Of a DNA stretch of 64,000 bases, positions 27,177 to 35,390 are shown piece after piece; within the stretch, counting starts at the first letter, position 1, and each line of letters opens with the position of its first letter. The notes beneath the pieces are model-generated. The model had not been told where the DNA came from and did no database searches. It saw nothing but the letters and a program-made list of their open reading frames with translations. This DNA is from a virus (Duplodnaviria; Caudoviricetes): positions 8,322 through 72,321 of IMG/VR virus record IMGVR_UViG_3300024187_000002, one strand, 5' to 3'. The position numbers and the translations under genes were made by a program.

Positions 27177-27398
27177 TTACGCCGCGATATACACTCTGCG
27201 CCTGAGTGCGTAACGATCCAGCTTATTCTCTGCATGCAGGTCAGCCAAAGCATCACAAAGCTGGTCTATCGTAATATGCTTATTGATTGCCAGTTTGATT
27301 TCATCTTGAGTACGCGCCCCGCCTTGTATTGCAGATAAGACTTCACCTTTAGGTTCTGGGATGTTTATCTGACGCTTTTTGTAAACTCGTTTTGCCAT
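27177..27398 (-). CDS. Small winged-helix-like protein
   Basis: VLSAIQGGARTQDEIKLAI...LCDALADL. Confidence 0.5.
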   Translation of the reverse strand: MAKRVYKKRQINIPEPKGEVLSAIQGGARTQDEIKLAINKHITIDQLCDALADLHAENKLDRYALRRRVYIAA

Positions 27399-27535
27399 TA
27401 CTCGCTCTCAACCTCGCAATCCAGTTCGTCCATGAGTGCGCTGATCGCTTTCTCATATTCGTCGGACGATAAGTTCTGCCTCTGAATCGCCGCCTTGCGT
27501 CGTTCGTATTCTTCCCAATCAGTTTGCTTGCTCAT
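27398..27535 (-). CDS. Hypothetical 45-aa protein
   Basis: MSKQTDWEEYERRKAAIQRQNLSSDEYEKAISAL...; fills the gap between dnaB and the next gene. Confidence 0.5.
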   Translation of the reverse strand: MSKQTDWEEYERRKAAIQRQNLSSDEYEKAISALMDELDCEVESE

Positions 27536-28850
27536 AATGTTCTCCGGTTAGCTGTGGTCTCATTCGATAAGTAACGAGTTCGCCGTTGAATGCTAATTCA
27601 GTCCTAAACAGTGGGCCTTCCCTTTGCTTGGCACATTTGAATTGTCGCCCGAAAAACTTAGCGCCCTCTTCTGGCTCATCGCCGAACAAAAAGAATACGG
27701 TGTCCGCGTCTTGCTCGATCTCGCCAGAGTCTCGTAAGTCTCTTAATTCCGGCTCTCGTTTTTCCTTGGCGAAGTTTCGGCTTAATTGGCTGATTGCAAC
27801 TATCGGGATGCGGTATTCCATTGCTAACCCTTTTAGGCCGCGAGACACTGATCCAACTTCTTGATTACGGCTCTCTTTTCGGCTGCCCTCTAAAAGCTGG
27901 AGGTAGTCAATCACAAGCATTTCTACAGATTCATTTCGTCGCTGATACTCAGCGAGATAGGCGCGCACATCAGCAAGCGATGTGCTTACGTCGTCAAGAA
28001 TCATCGGACGGCTCGCGAGTCTTATAACGCCTTGGACGATGCGCTTGTAATCGGACTCGTAAATGCGCGGGCGAATCTTCCATCGCTCAACGTCGGACTC
28101 CACAGCGACAAGGCGATCAAAAAGCGACTCGCGCGACATTTCTCGCGAAACGATATAGACCCTGTGCCCTGTCTCTGCGATGTTCGCGGCAATGTCTAGC
28201 CCCAAAGTCGTCTTGCCAAAACTTGTAGGCGCGGCCAGTACGTACAAAGCAGATGGCACTAACCCACCACCTAAAAGACGCTCGTCAATCTCACGAAACC
28301 CGGTCGGCAGCGCATCGCTGACGCCCTTGAAGAATAGTTCGTATCGGTTTAATTGGTTATCTGCGAGTTCTTCTAAACTTTGAGCCTTGCGTTTCTCGCT
28401 TTTGTAGTTTCGGACTTTATCAAGTTGTTCAATAGCGACCGATAACACGCCGTCAAGTTCTTCGCCTTCATCGCCAGCTTGAGATAGCAAACGGTCTGCG
28501 AGTCTCATTAATCCTCGACGCCGCGCAGTCTCTTTAATCGGGCCAATGTAGCACTTAAGGTTCGCTACATGCGGTAACCCAAAGTCAAGATTCGACAAAA
28601 AGACGATTCCGCCAACCAGATCAAGACTATCTCTTTTGCGGAGCGTATCGGCCAGCGTTACCGAGTTCACGGGTTCTCGGTTCGTTAAGAGGGCAAGCAT
28701 GGCTTGATAAATAGCTTTGTGTGATGGAACGTAAAACCACTCCGCAGGAAGTTCGCGCCGCGCTTGTTCAAGCAAAGTCGGATCGAGCAACACTGAGCCG
28801 AGTAGCGCCCGCTCGGAATCCGCGCTATGTGGTAGTTGGTCGATAGACAC
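27519..28850 (-). CDS. dnaB: Replicative DNA helicase
   Basis: LPHSADSERALLGSVLLD, LAAPTSFGKT, VIDYLQLL, SQLSR, LRDSGEIEQDAD, KQREG. Confidence 0.97.
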   Translation of the reverse strand: MSIDQLPHSADSERALLGSVLLDPTLLEQARRELPAEWFYVPSHKAIYQAMLALLTNREPVNSVTLADTLRKRDSLDLVGGIVFLSNLDFGLPHVANLKCYIGPIKETARRRGLMRLADRLLSQAGDEGEELDGVLSVAIEQLDKVRNYKSEKRKAQSLEELADNQLNRYELFFKGVSDALPTGFREIDERLLGGGLVPSALYVLAAPTSFGKTTLGLDIAANIAETGHRVYIVSREMSRESLFDRLVAVESDVERWKIRPRIYESDYKRIVQGVIRLASRPMILDDVSTSLADVRAYLAEYQRRNESVEMLVIDYLQLLEGSRKESRNQEVGSVSRGLKGLAMEYRIPIVAISQLSRNFAKEKREPELRDLRDSGEIEQDADTVFFLFGDEPEEGAKFFGRQFKCAKQREGPLFRTELAFNGELVTYRMRPQLTGEHYEQAN

Positions 28851-29574
28851 GCCCAGCCCTCCTTGCTAGTTCTGCCTGTCGCGCATGCCATGAGGCATCA
28901 TGCCCATTGCCGTTCATCGGTTCATCTACGGGTCGAAAAGGTTGTTCAATGCGGTTCAGCCACGATACGAAGAACTTAGGGGTCAGCTGGCGACGGTTCA
29001 CCGAACACCAGCGTTCAGCTTTCCGAAACTCAATCGCAACATCAAGACGTTCATAAGCCGGATCGCTTTGAAGGTCAGAAATAAATGCCGTACGGCCTTC
29101 TTCATCGTTCTTCTTCAGTATGTTCTTCTTACGGTCAATGTCGTTGACCTTGTTTAACACGCGGGATTGACCTTGCTGCTTGTTTTGTTGACCTTGCTCA
29201 AGGTCAATATCTTTACCTTGTTCTGAATATCTTAAAGCGTTTTCGCGCCAGATATCCGCGATGCTGATTTCGTGGTAATCTTGTCCGCCTTTTGGGTTGG
29301 CCCGTTCCTTAACTGTGATTAACGCCTTCCCGTTCAGGTCTGCGCGTGGCCGTGAAAGTAATTGCTTCGCTTTAATGATTGTCGGGACGCTGACGCTGCA
29401 TTTTTTTGCTAGCGTGCGTGTAGACTGAAAACACTTTCCGCCGTTACCGGCTACGCGCTTGAGATAGGAGTAAAGTAGGAACTCGTAAGAGGAAAGCCCG
29501 ATGTCGAATACGATGTTTGGAATCTGCGTCCAGTAATATCGAGGATCGCCCGCGTCGTCTATTTCATGCTTCAT
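28825..29574 (-). CDS. Phage replication initiator (N-terminal wHTH; lambda O / DnaD-like role)
   Basis: TQIPN...LYSYLKR...CFQSTRTLAKKCSVSVPTIIKAK; directly upstream of dnaB; internal iterons. Confidence 0.8.
   Translation of the reverse strand: MKHEIDDAGDPRYYWTQIPNIVFDIGLSSYEFLLYSYLKRVAGNGGKCFQSTRTLAKKCSVSVPTIIKAKQLLSRPRADLNGKALITVKERANPKGGQDYHEISIADIWRENALRYSEQGKDIDLEQGQQNKQQGQSRVLNKVNDIDRKKNILKKNDEEGRTAFISDLQSDPAYERLDVAIEFRKAERWCSVNRRQLTPKFFVSWLNRIEQPFRPVDEPMNGNGHDASWHARQAELARRAGRVYRPTTT
29133..29220. repeat. Iteron-like repeats inside the initiator gene (candidate origin)
   Basis: TTGACCTTG at 29144, 29167 and 29188; inverted CAAGGTCAA at 29199; degenerate TTTACCTTG at 29212; GGTCAA at 29133. 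Confidence 0.7.
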
Positions 29575-29583
29575 TCAGGGAAA

Positions 29584-29770
29584 CGCCTTTCAGGGACAGG
29601 CGCTAGAGACAGAAAAACGGCTCTAGCGAACCGCGCCGCATCGGCTACGCCTCTCTACCCTTCCCCAAGGCCAGAAAGACGCTATAGCAAACGCGGCTCA
29701 CTAGAACCGTCTGGGGAAGGATTTTAGCGCCTCGCCGAAAGGCACGTCAAATCACAAAATTGTCAAAGAC
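29584..29770 (-). ncRNA. Structured, pseudoknotted 5' leader of the initiator gene
   Basis: 19-bp helix (29692-29710/29617-29635, three G-U pairs valid only on the - strand), 8-bp closing helix, 9-bp pseudoknot helix. Confidence 0.6.
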
Positions 29771-29776
29771 CTAAGC

Positions 29777-29805
29777 ACGATAATCTCAATTCGCCTTTGC
29801 GTCAA
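29777..29805 (-). promoter_or_regulatory. Sigma70-like promoter for the initiator leader
   Basis: TTGACG-17-TATCGT on the - strand. Confidence 0.55.
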
Positions 29806-29819
29806 CACCCTTTTGCGAT

Positions 29820-30113
29820 TTACTTTTCCACCGTATCTAATCGATACCGAGCTACTCGTTTACCTAATGCTGTAACGTGTGTTTCTGTTTTAATCTTGTG
29901 GCCCTCACGTCTCAAATCCCAAATTCTTCCACCAAGGCGTAGCGTGCCGAATCGATCTAATGCCTCAAGTGGGGTCAGTGCGTGTCCCTGCTTCAGCCAG
30001 TTCAGGATAGCTTGGTTCTGTGATGTAGTTTTGTTCACTGATCTGCCCTCTGATAGCGAAACACTGCTCTGCGTTCTAATCGAGTTCGCCGTGCTTCTTG
30101 CTTTACTTCGCAC
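29820..30113 (-). CDS. Winged HTH protein (HTH_39-like); real start may be internal
   Basis: QNQAILNWLKQGHALTPLEALDRFGTLRLGGRIWDLRREGHKI. Confidence 0.8.
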   Translation of the reverse strand: MRSKARSTANSIRTQSSVSLSEGRSVNKTTSQNQAILNWLKQGHALTPLEALDRFGTLRLGGRIWDLRREGHKIKTETHVTALGKRVARYRLDTVEK

Positions 30114-30439
30114 ATTGGTCTTGGATGGCCGACCACTTGCCCGCTTTGAAGCTTTATGTATTGACTTGGGGCAGGTGACTGCGATGTGAGCGCATGGTGC
30201 GAACGTGGCCGCAGGATGCGATCCTTGCTTCCCCTGCGTTCGCGTCGCTTTTGCGCTTCGTCTTGAATCTTGGTTATGCGCTCCGGTTCGCTCGCTTGGT
30301 TGGCCGTCAAATACGCTTCTGACCCGCCTTGAGTGGCGCGACGGTAGATATCCATCAAAGCTGAGCCGTAACCCGTTTTCTCGGAATTCGCCGTGGCACG
30401 TTTGCGCCTGAATTGAACTCGTTTTTTGTGTTTACTCAT
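30035..30439 (-). CDS. Basic hypothetical protein
   Basis: GGAG SD; Arg/Lys-rich. Confidence 0.45.
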   Translation of the reverse strand: MSKHKKRVQFRRKRATANSEKTGYGSALMDIYRRATQGGSEAYLTANQASEPERITKIQDEAQKRRERRGSKDRILRPRSHHALTSQSPAPSQYIKLQSGQVVGHPRPMCEVKQEARRTRLERRAVFRYQRADQ

Positions 30440-30491
30440 ATATCCATTCTCCCTAGAAGTTAATCCCGGGTTGTCTCCCCGAGTTACGTTT

Positions 30492-30710
30492 TCAGATCAC
30501 CTGTTCGGCTTTAACTGTCGCTTCGTTGCCGCGTGATATCCCATCACCACCGCAAGCCTGACAACGGCGATACATGAACATCAATTCGTTACCAGTTCCG
30601 TCGCACCGTTCGCAGCGCATGGTTGGCTCAACCGCGGCTGCGAGGTAGTTGTCAGCCTTTACACGCGGATCGTTCTTCGGATTGATAACGATCACTCGTC
30701 GCACTTTCAT
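30492..30710 (-). CDS. Small protein with DnaJ-type CxxCxGxG zinc finger
   Basis: CERCDGTG...CQACGGDG. Confidence 0.6.
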   Translation of the reverse strand: MKVRRVIVINPKNDPRVKADNYLAAAVEPTMRCERCDGTGNELMFMYRRCQACGGDGISRGNEATVKAEQVI

Positions 30711-30762
30711 CGCGTCTCCTCCATTTCAGACTCATCAGGGCATTCAGGGAACGAAGTGCTAA

Positions 30763-31386
30763 TCATGGTTTTGTGAAATCCTTTGTCTTGAGTTTGACGA
30801 TTAGCCTATGGCCCTTTTTGTCGAATAGCGTTTCCGCTGTGCGGCCCACAAGCCCCTCAGCTCGCGCCTTCCCTTCGCCAAGCAGCGACGGAAACCCTCT
30901 CTTGACCATTGCCGTTGCGTCATCAAGCGTCATCTCTCCGATGAACGGAACAACCTCAAGATTCAGCCTTCGCGCTACGTCGCAAGTGTTATCCCAACTC
31001 AGCCACCATTTATCGTCAACGAGCACATCGAACACGATGAACCGTTTGATAGGCGAATAATCGCCGCCCTTCTGAATGCCCGCGCCGTAGCCTTCGCCGT
31101 AAATAACAGCGTTCGTGTCGGGGAAGATTTCAGCCATCTTCGCCGCGCTCACGGACTCGTAAAGGTGCTTGATAAGGTCGGCGTGAATCTGTGCGTTATC
31201 AGTCTTACCGCCAAAGGTCAACGTGCCGTTCTTCCAGATGCAGCGGATATTCGTGCCGTCAACTTTCTCCGTCCATTGCCACGTCTTAATCAGCGAGTAG
31301 GTGGCGTTCTTGAGCTTCGACGGATCGACCTTGAACGTGTCCATATCGCGTTCGTATAGAGTTTCAATCTTGTGGTATTCGCTCAT
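30763..31386 (-). CDS. RNA ligase (Rnl2-like nucleotidyltransferase domain)
   Basis: TEKVDGTN (motif I), IYGEGYG (III), FIVFDV (IIIa), EGLVGR (IV), IVKLKTKDF (V). Confidence 0.88.
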   Translation of the reverse strand: MSEYHKIETLYERDMDTFKVDPSKLKNATYSLIKTWQWTEKVDGTNIRCIWKNGTLTFGGKTDNAQIHADLIKHLYESVSAAKMAEIFPDTNAVIYGEGYGAGIQKGGDYSPIKRFIVFDVLVDDKWWLSWDNTCDVARRLNLEVVPFIGEMTLDDATAMVKRGFPSLLGEGKARAEGLVGRTAETLFDKKGHRLIVKLKTKDFTKP

Positions 31387-31389
31387 CTT

Positions 31390-31572
31390 TCCCCCGCCGC
31401 TTCAGCGGCCCACACTCTTTCAAGAATCGGGCGTCTCAAGACTCCCTTTGCTCTGGACACTTAAGAAATTATTCCGAGCCGATTGCTTTCCCAGAGTTTG
31501 TGTCCAACCGAGACCCCGCTACTGCGATAGAGCGTTTCAGTAGTCGAAATCTCACTCCTCAACCGGCTCGGC
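31390..31572 (-). ncRNA. Pseudoknotted structured RNA upstream of the RNA ligase
   Basis: 12-bp P1 (31560-31571/31474-31485), nested 9+6-bp hairpin, 7-bp pseudoknot (31500-31506/31454-31460), further 3' hairpins. Confidence 0.55.
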
Positions 31573-31900
31573 TGATCTTCTCCGACTTGCCAAACTGGAG
31601 ATTTCAGGCCGCTCTCGCGAGCGTCTCGTGGGCCAATCCAGCCCCGGCAATGAGCGCGTTCATGGCCGCATTAATGTCGCGATCATGGCGAGCACCACAG
31701 GCTCCGCAGTCCCATTCCCTTACCGATAGACCTGTCCATCCGGTCGGACCAGTCAAAGCCCCGCACGCTGAACAGGTTCTAGTGGAATTCTTGGATTCAG
31801 GTTCGACGTAGATTCCAAGGCCGTCTGTACGACACTTGCTCTTGTAGGCCAACATCGAACGTAGTTGATAATGACTTGACGACGCGACACTCTTCCCAAA
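31573..31900 (-). mobile_element. tnpB: IS200/IS605 TnpB 3' remnant with probable right end
   Basis: FGKSVASSSHYQLRSMLAYK...STRTCSACG...REWDCGACGARHDRDINAAMN (Zn ribbon plus last RuvC Asp); in-frame stops upstream; imperfect hairpin and ...GGAGAAGATCA end at 31573. Confidence 0.85.
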
Positions 31901-31980
31901 TCGCCGGACGCAAGCGCGCTCTTCCGGTTTCGTTCTCGCTGAATTTCACTAATCGTTCTCATGGCTGCAAACTTGATTTC

Positions 31981-32312
31981 AAAGGGAAGCTGGCTCATCG
32001 CCACGCCGATCTGCCGTCGCTTTCCGGTCGTAACCGTTGGGCTGTTTCACGGTCGCTGCTTCCCTTTATGGCCGAAGTAGATTCTTAATCAATAACCGCT
32101 ATCCGTTCTTGAGCCTTAAGCTTTCTCGTCATATGGCGGTTTACCCTTCGGCTAATTTGATTCAAAGAACGCTGCGCGACTCTTCACAGCCTCTCTTTCG
32201 AGGTGCTTATCGCTTCGGCTCCAAGCCGCGCAACCTTGAATTGCCGGACTGTCGCGCCCCAAGAAAGGAAGTCAGGGCCACGGGTGTTACCTATTCACCG
32301 TGAGTCCGGCAA
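31981..32312 (-). ncRNA. Candidate multi-domain structured RNA
   Basis: Two perfect 10-bp long-range helices (32303-32312/32241-32250; 32058-32067/31981-31990), 7-bp pseudoknot (32251-32257/32174-32180), 7-bp helix (32146-32152/32071-32077), several GAAA-type loops. Confidence 0.5.
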
Positions 32313-32323
32313 AGTGAAAAGAA

Positions 32324-32977
32324 CTAAAGTGCAAAATACTTCTGGGCAAATGATAGTGTAATTGAGTGGGGCGGTAATCCCTTTTTCATACAGTTAATCG
32401 CTTGGCCGAGAAGATAGCGGCCCATACGCTCTCGTGAATTGAACCACTCTGGTTCATGTCCCGCATATTCATTCTCGCTGTATCCCGCGGCTATTAGCCG
32501 ATCTGCGACTGCGGCTGAATCCCAAGCCACATCAACATCGTCGGCAGGCTCAACGATCTCTACCAGCCAGTATACTAAGGCGTTTAGATGGTTGTCAGCC
32601 CGTAGAATCTTAGGAAGTGCCTCAACGCACGAATCGAGTTCTACTTGCTTGCGCTTTACTGTTTCCGCGCGTTCCGCCGCGGCCTTACGACCCGCGGGAG
32701 ATTCGCGGTAGGCGCGTTGACGGTCGTCTAAAAGGGACTGCCACCGCGCAACGAGAACACTTGATTGATCGTCCGGCAACACCCGTAACGCGATGTCGTT
32801 AAACTTAAAACTCACAGGGTTACCGGACTCTTTTGCCAACCCAATCGCCTCATCGCACGCTTTTGTGATATGACTACCGGCTAACGGTTCGTATGTTTGC
32901 ATTTGTTCTCCTTGCGCGTTTACGCGCTCCACGAATCTAACCAGTAACCGAGTCCCTGAGAGTTCCCGTGGCTTCAC
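32324..32977 (-). CDS. Hypothetical protein
   Basis: 217 aa; the real start is probably MQTYEP. Confidence 0.6.
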   Translation of the reverse strand: MKPRELSGTRLLVRFVERVNAQGEQMQTYEPLAGSHITKACDEAIGLAKESGNPVSFKFNDIALRVLPDDQSSVLVARWQSLLDDRQRAYRESPAGRKAAAERAETVKRKQVELDSCVEALPKILRADNHLNALVYWLVEIVEPADDVDVAWDSAAVADRLIAAGYSENEYAGHEPEWFNSRERMGRYLLGQAINCMKKGLPPHSITLSFAQKYFAL

Positions 32978-33389
32978 CTTCTAACTGCTTAACGACTTCC
33001 TCTCGTGCTTCCAACAGACTCACCGCACTAATCAACGCATCAACCTCGCGCGAAACAGGGAGTTGATGTAAGCGCGCAACTAGCCATTGACTAGCCGTCC
33101 GCGCCTTGTCCAAAACTTCTTTCTCAGCAATCGCCACGAGGTCTAGCGTCCCGTCTCGTTGTGCGCGTTCTGAATTTCCAAGTGTGCGGATTGGATAAAT
33201 AGCAGACCACCCACAAGAACCCTTTGAGCATTTGAAAGTGATGTTGCGCTCATTCAGTTCGATTAGATGGTGAGCACGGCACCGCGGACAACAACCCGCC
33301 TCAATCCACTGCTTGAGATTCTCGGCGTGAGCTGCGAGTGTTGCTTCGATTCTCTGATCCATTAGTCGAAAGTCGTGTTCTGTTTTCAC
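32937..33389 (-). CDS. Hypothetical protein with zinc ribbon
   Basis: CPRC...CSKGSC. Confidence 0.5.
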   Translation of the reverse strand: MKTEHDFRLMDQRIEATLAAHAENLKQWIEAGCCPRCRAHHLIELNERNITFKCSKGSCGWSAIYPIRTLGNSERAQRDGTLDLVAIAEKEVLDKARTASQWLVARLHQLPVSREVDALISAVSLLEAREEVVKQLEGEATGTLRDSVTG

Positions 33390-33616
33390 GCTTCACGCTC
33401 CAGTCTGAAAGGTAGATATCGACGCCCACCGCCGACATTGACATATCTCAACTCTACTTGATCCCCAACACTTCTAGTTTCAAGTGGAAAGTCTGAAACA
33501 GGAAGTAGTAGGCGCGGCATCTCCGGTGAATCAGTATATAGCCAGAAGTAGTCTGTTGTTTTCCAACTGCTGCCAGCTACGAGTTCTTGAGTACGTTCTG
33601 TGATTAGTCCGACCAT
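33386..33616 (-). CDS. Hypothetical protein
   Basis: AGGA SD; GTGA overlap. Confidence 0.5.
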   Translation of the reverse strand: MVGLITERTQELVAGSSWKTTDYFWLYTDSPEMPRLLLPVSDFPLETRSVGDQVELRYVNVGGGRRYLPFRLEREA

Positions 33617-33631
33617 TAACTCTGTCCTTTC

Positions 33632-34039
33632 TTAGAACGGCGGGTCTGTGTCTGGATCTTCTTCGCCGCTAGTCTGGTTATTGGTCTGTTTCGGCGCAGA
33701 CTGTCCGCGGTCATTGCCGCCGATAAATTGCATGTCCGTAGCGTTTACCTCTAGCGAGTATCGCTGCTTACCCTCTCGGTCGATGTATTCCTCGACTCGC
33801 AAGCGCCCCTCGATGTAAACCGGACGCCCTTTAGCGAGGTATTGCGATGCGGCCTCAGCTTGTCTGCCCCAAAGAGTTATCTTGAACCACGTGGTTATAT
33901 CTTCGATTTCCCCTCCGCGCCCTTTACGCTTCTCGTTCGTGGCGAGACTGAAACCGCACACCGGCGTTCCCTGCGGCGTATATCGGAGTTCAGGATCGCG
34001 GCCCAGATTGCCAACGATGATAATTTTATTGAAACTCAT
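33632..34039 (-). CDS. ssb: Single-stranded DNA-binding protein
   Basis: NKIIIVGNLGRDPELRYT...KGRPVYIEGRL...acidic DPPF tail. Confidence 0.97.
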   Translation of the reverse strand: MSFNKIIIVGNLGRDPELRYTPQGTPVCGFSLATNEKRKGRGGEIEDITTWFKITLWGRQAEAASQYLAKGRPVYIEGRLRVEEYIDREGKQRYSLEVNATDMQFIGGNDRGQSAPKQTNNQTSGEEDPDTDPPF

Positions 34040-34656
34040 TTGTTTCCGTTCCTGAGTGCGGCTATTTTTGCCTCGATTTCTGCGTCAAACTCTATTATGG
34101 CTTGCTCGATTTTCCTGATTACGTGATCGTCGCGCTCGATTCGCTTTCTCCAGTATTTCAACTCTTCCGGCATGTCAGGATGATAGGCTACGAAGTCCCA
34201 CCACTTACGCTCTGAACACGCCATTCCAAATTGACACTGATAAAGATAGGTGGTATCAACAATCCCCGTTTCAATCATGGCTAGATGTGCGCCAGCGTCG
34301 CAGCACTTAATTTCTAATCCACCATCATTGCCTACCAGACCGTCCGGCGACGCGCCAGCACGATCGATGTGCGGGTGCGGGATAAATCCGACCTCTACAA
34401 CGTCATTCCCTGTATAGAATTCGTAAGCACTGCGGGCTTCTGGTTCCATTTCCAGCCGGTTATTAAGGCTGTAGACATAACGACTGGTGCGTCTACCTGT
34501 GAGCCTTTGGGCCAGCAGTTCGTTGAAATAATTCTTGCGCGACGCAGCCCACCCGCTCTTAGTCGTTGCGAGCATGTCGCCTACGCGAGACGCGCCGATC
34601 CATCCGCATTTAAGCTGATTCCATTCGGGCGTGTTTTGGATTACCTCGTCGCTCAT
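34036..34656 (-). CDS. YqaJ-like viral recombinase exonuclease (lambda-exo family)
   Basis: IGASRV, EPEARSAYE, GASPDGLV, LEIKC, YQCQFGM, WWDFV. Confidence 0.93.
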   Translation of the reverse strand: MSDEVIQNTPEWNQLKCGWIGASRVGDMLATTKSGWAASRKNYFNELLAQRLTGRRTSRYVYSLNNRLEMEPEARSAYEFYTGNDVVEVGFIPHPHIDRAGASPDGLVGNDGGLEIKCCDAGAHLAMIETGIVDTTYLYQCQFGMACSERKWWDFVAYHPDMPEELKYWRKRIERDDHVIRKIEQAIIEFDAEIEAKIAALRNGNK

Positions 34657-35390
34657 TTAGCCGCCTCGCGTATTTTCTTAGCCAATCCCGCAACCGCGTT
34701 CTTATACTTGCTCGCGGGTAATTGTTCCAACGTCTCGCACTTGAAGTACTTACACAGACGCGCTTCTTGTTGATCGTCGATTTCTTGACACATAGCGCGC
34801 ATGTCCGCGACTTGCTTCTCGGTGATGAATTCTTGAGGCTCATTTCCGTCCGTGTCGTCCTTATCGACCAACATCGGAATGTTCCATATCATCTTGGCGA
34901 GATTGCGCATTCCGTAGGACGTGCCGGAGTTCACGGCTTGAGGCTTAGTCATCACACCGCCGCCCTTTGGCCCTTGCCCGTCAATAGGCATTGGTGTGCG
35001 ATAGCGGCGCTTGTGACCGCCGACGTGGATTAAATCGCAGCACAGCATGGCCATATCCGGCGTTGGCCCTGCTTCGGTGTCCCAACTTTGCGTAAACTGG
35101 TACTTAATACGGATCGGGCGCAGCATCTTATCAATCTTCGGATAGCTTACGTTCCGGCTATTCTTTTCTTGATTGACCTTATCCCACTTCAATATTTGCA
35201 CTTCGGCCTGAGCTTTAATCAGCGCGGCGTCAAATTCCCTTTCGGCTTGGCGATCTTCTGCCTGAAATTGCATGTCGGCCAACATCTTGACCTTTTCAAT
35301 CGGCACTTCAGGATTATTAACAACCTCGCGCAGTATTTCCATGAATGAAACGGCGGGTTTGATTGGCTCTAATGATTGCTGTTCGCTCAT
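34653..35390 (-). CDS. erf: ERF-family ssDNA annealing protein
   Basis: FDAALIKAQ, H.GGH, QAVNSGTSYGMR (ERF GS..SY..RY motif), DDTDG. Confidence 0.82.
   Translation of the reverse strand: MSEQQSLEPIKPAVSFMEILREVVNNPEVPIEKVKMLADMQFQAEDRQAEREFDAALIKAQAEVQILKWDKVNQEKNSRNVSYPKIDKMLRPIRIKYQFTQSWDTEAGPTPDMAMLCCDLIHVGGHKRRYRTPMPIDGQGPKGGGVMTKPQAVNSGTSYGMRNLAKMIWNIPMLVDKDDTDGNEPQEFITEKQVADMRAMCQEIDDQQEARLCKYFKCETLEQLPASKYKNAVAGLAKKIREAAK

Noticed and set aside
31454-31572. Canonical HDV-like/theta or pistol ribozyme
   Set aside because: The P1/P2 crossing fits, but there is no P3/L3, P1.1 or P4, and the pistol core does not align.
32040-32070. SRP RNA or cobalamin riboswitch (GGAAGCAGC / AGGGAA words)
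   Set aside because: The partner motifs (CAGG helix-8 strand; B12 box) are absent.
31390-32312. IStron (group I intron plus TnpB) or group II intron
   Set aside because: No interrupted ORF, no recognisable P/Q/R/S sequences or G-binding P7, and no domain V hairpin. GAGCCG occurs twice without the rest of DV. Not excluded without cmscan.
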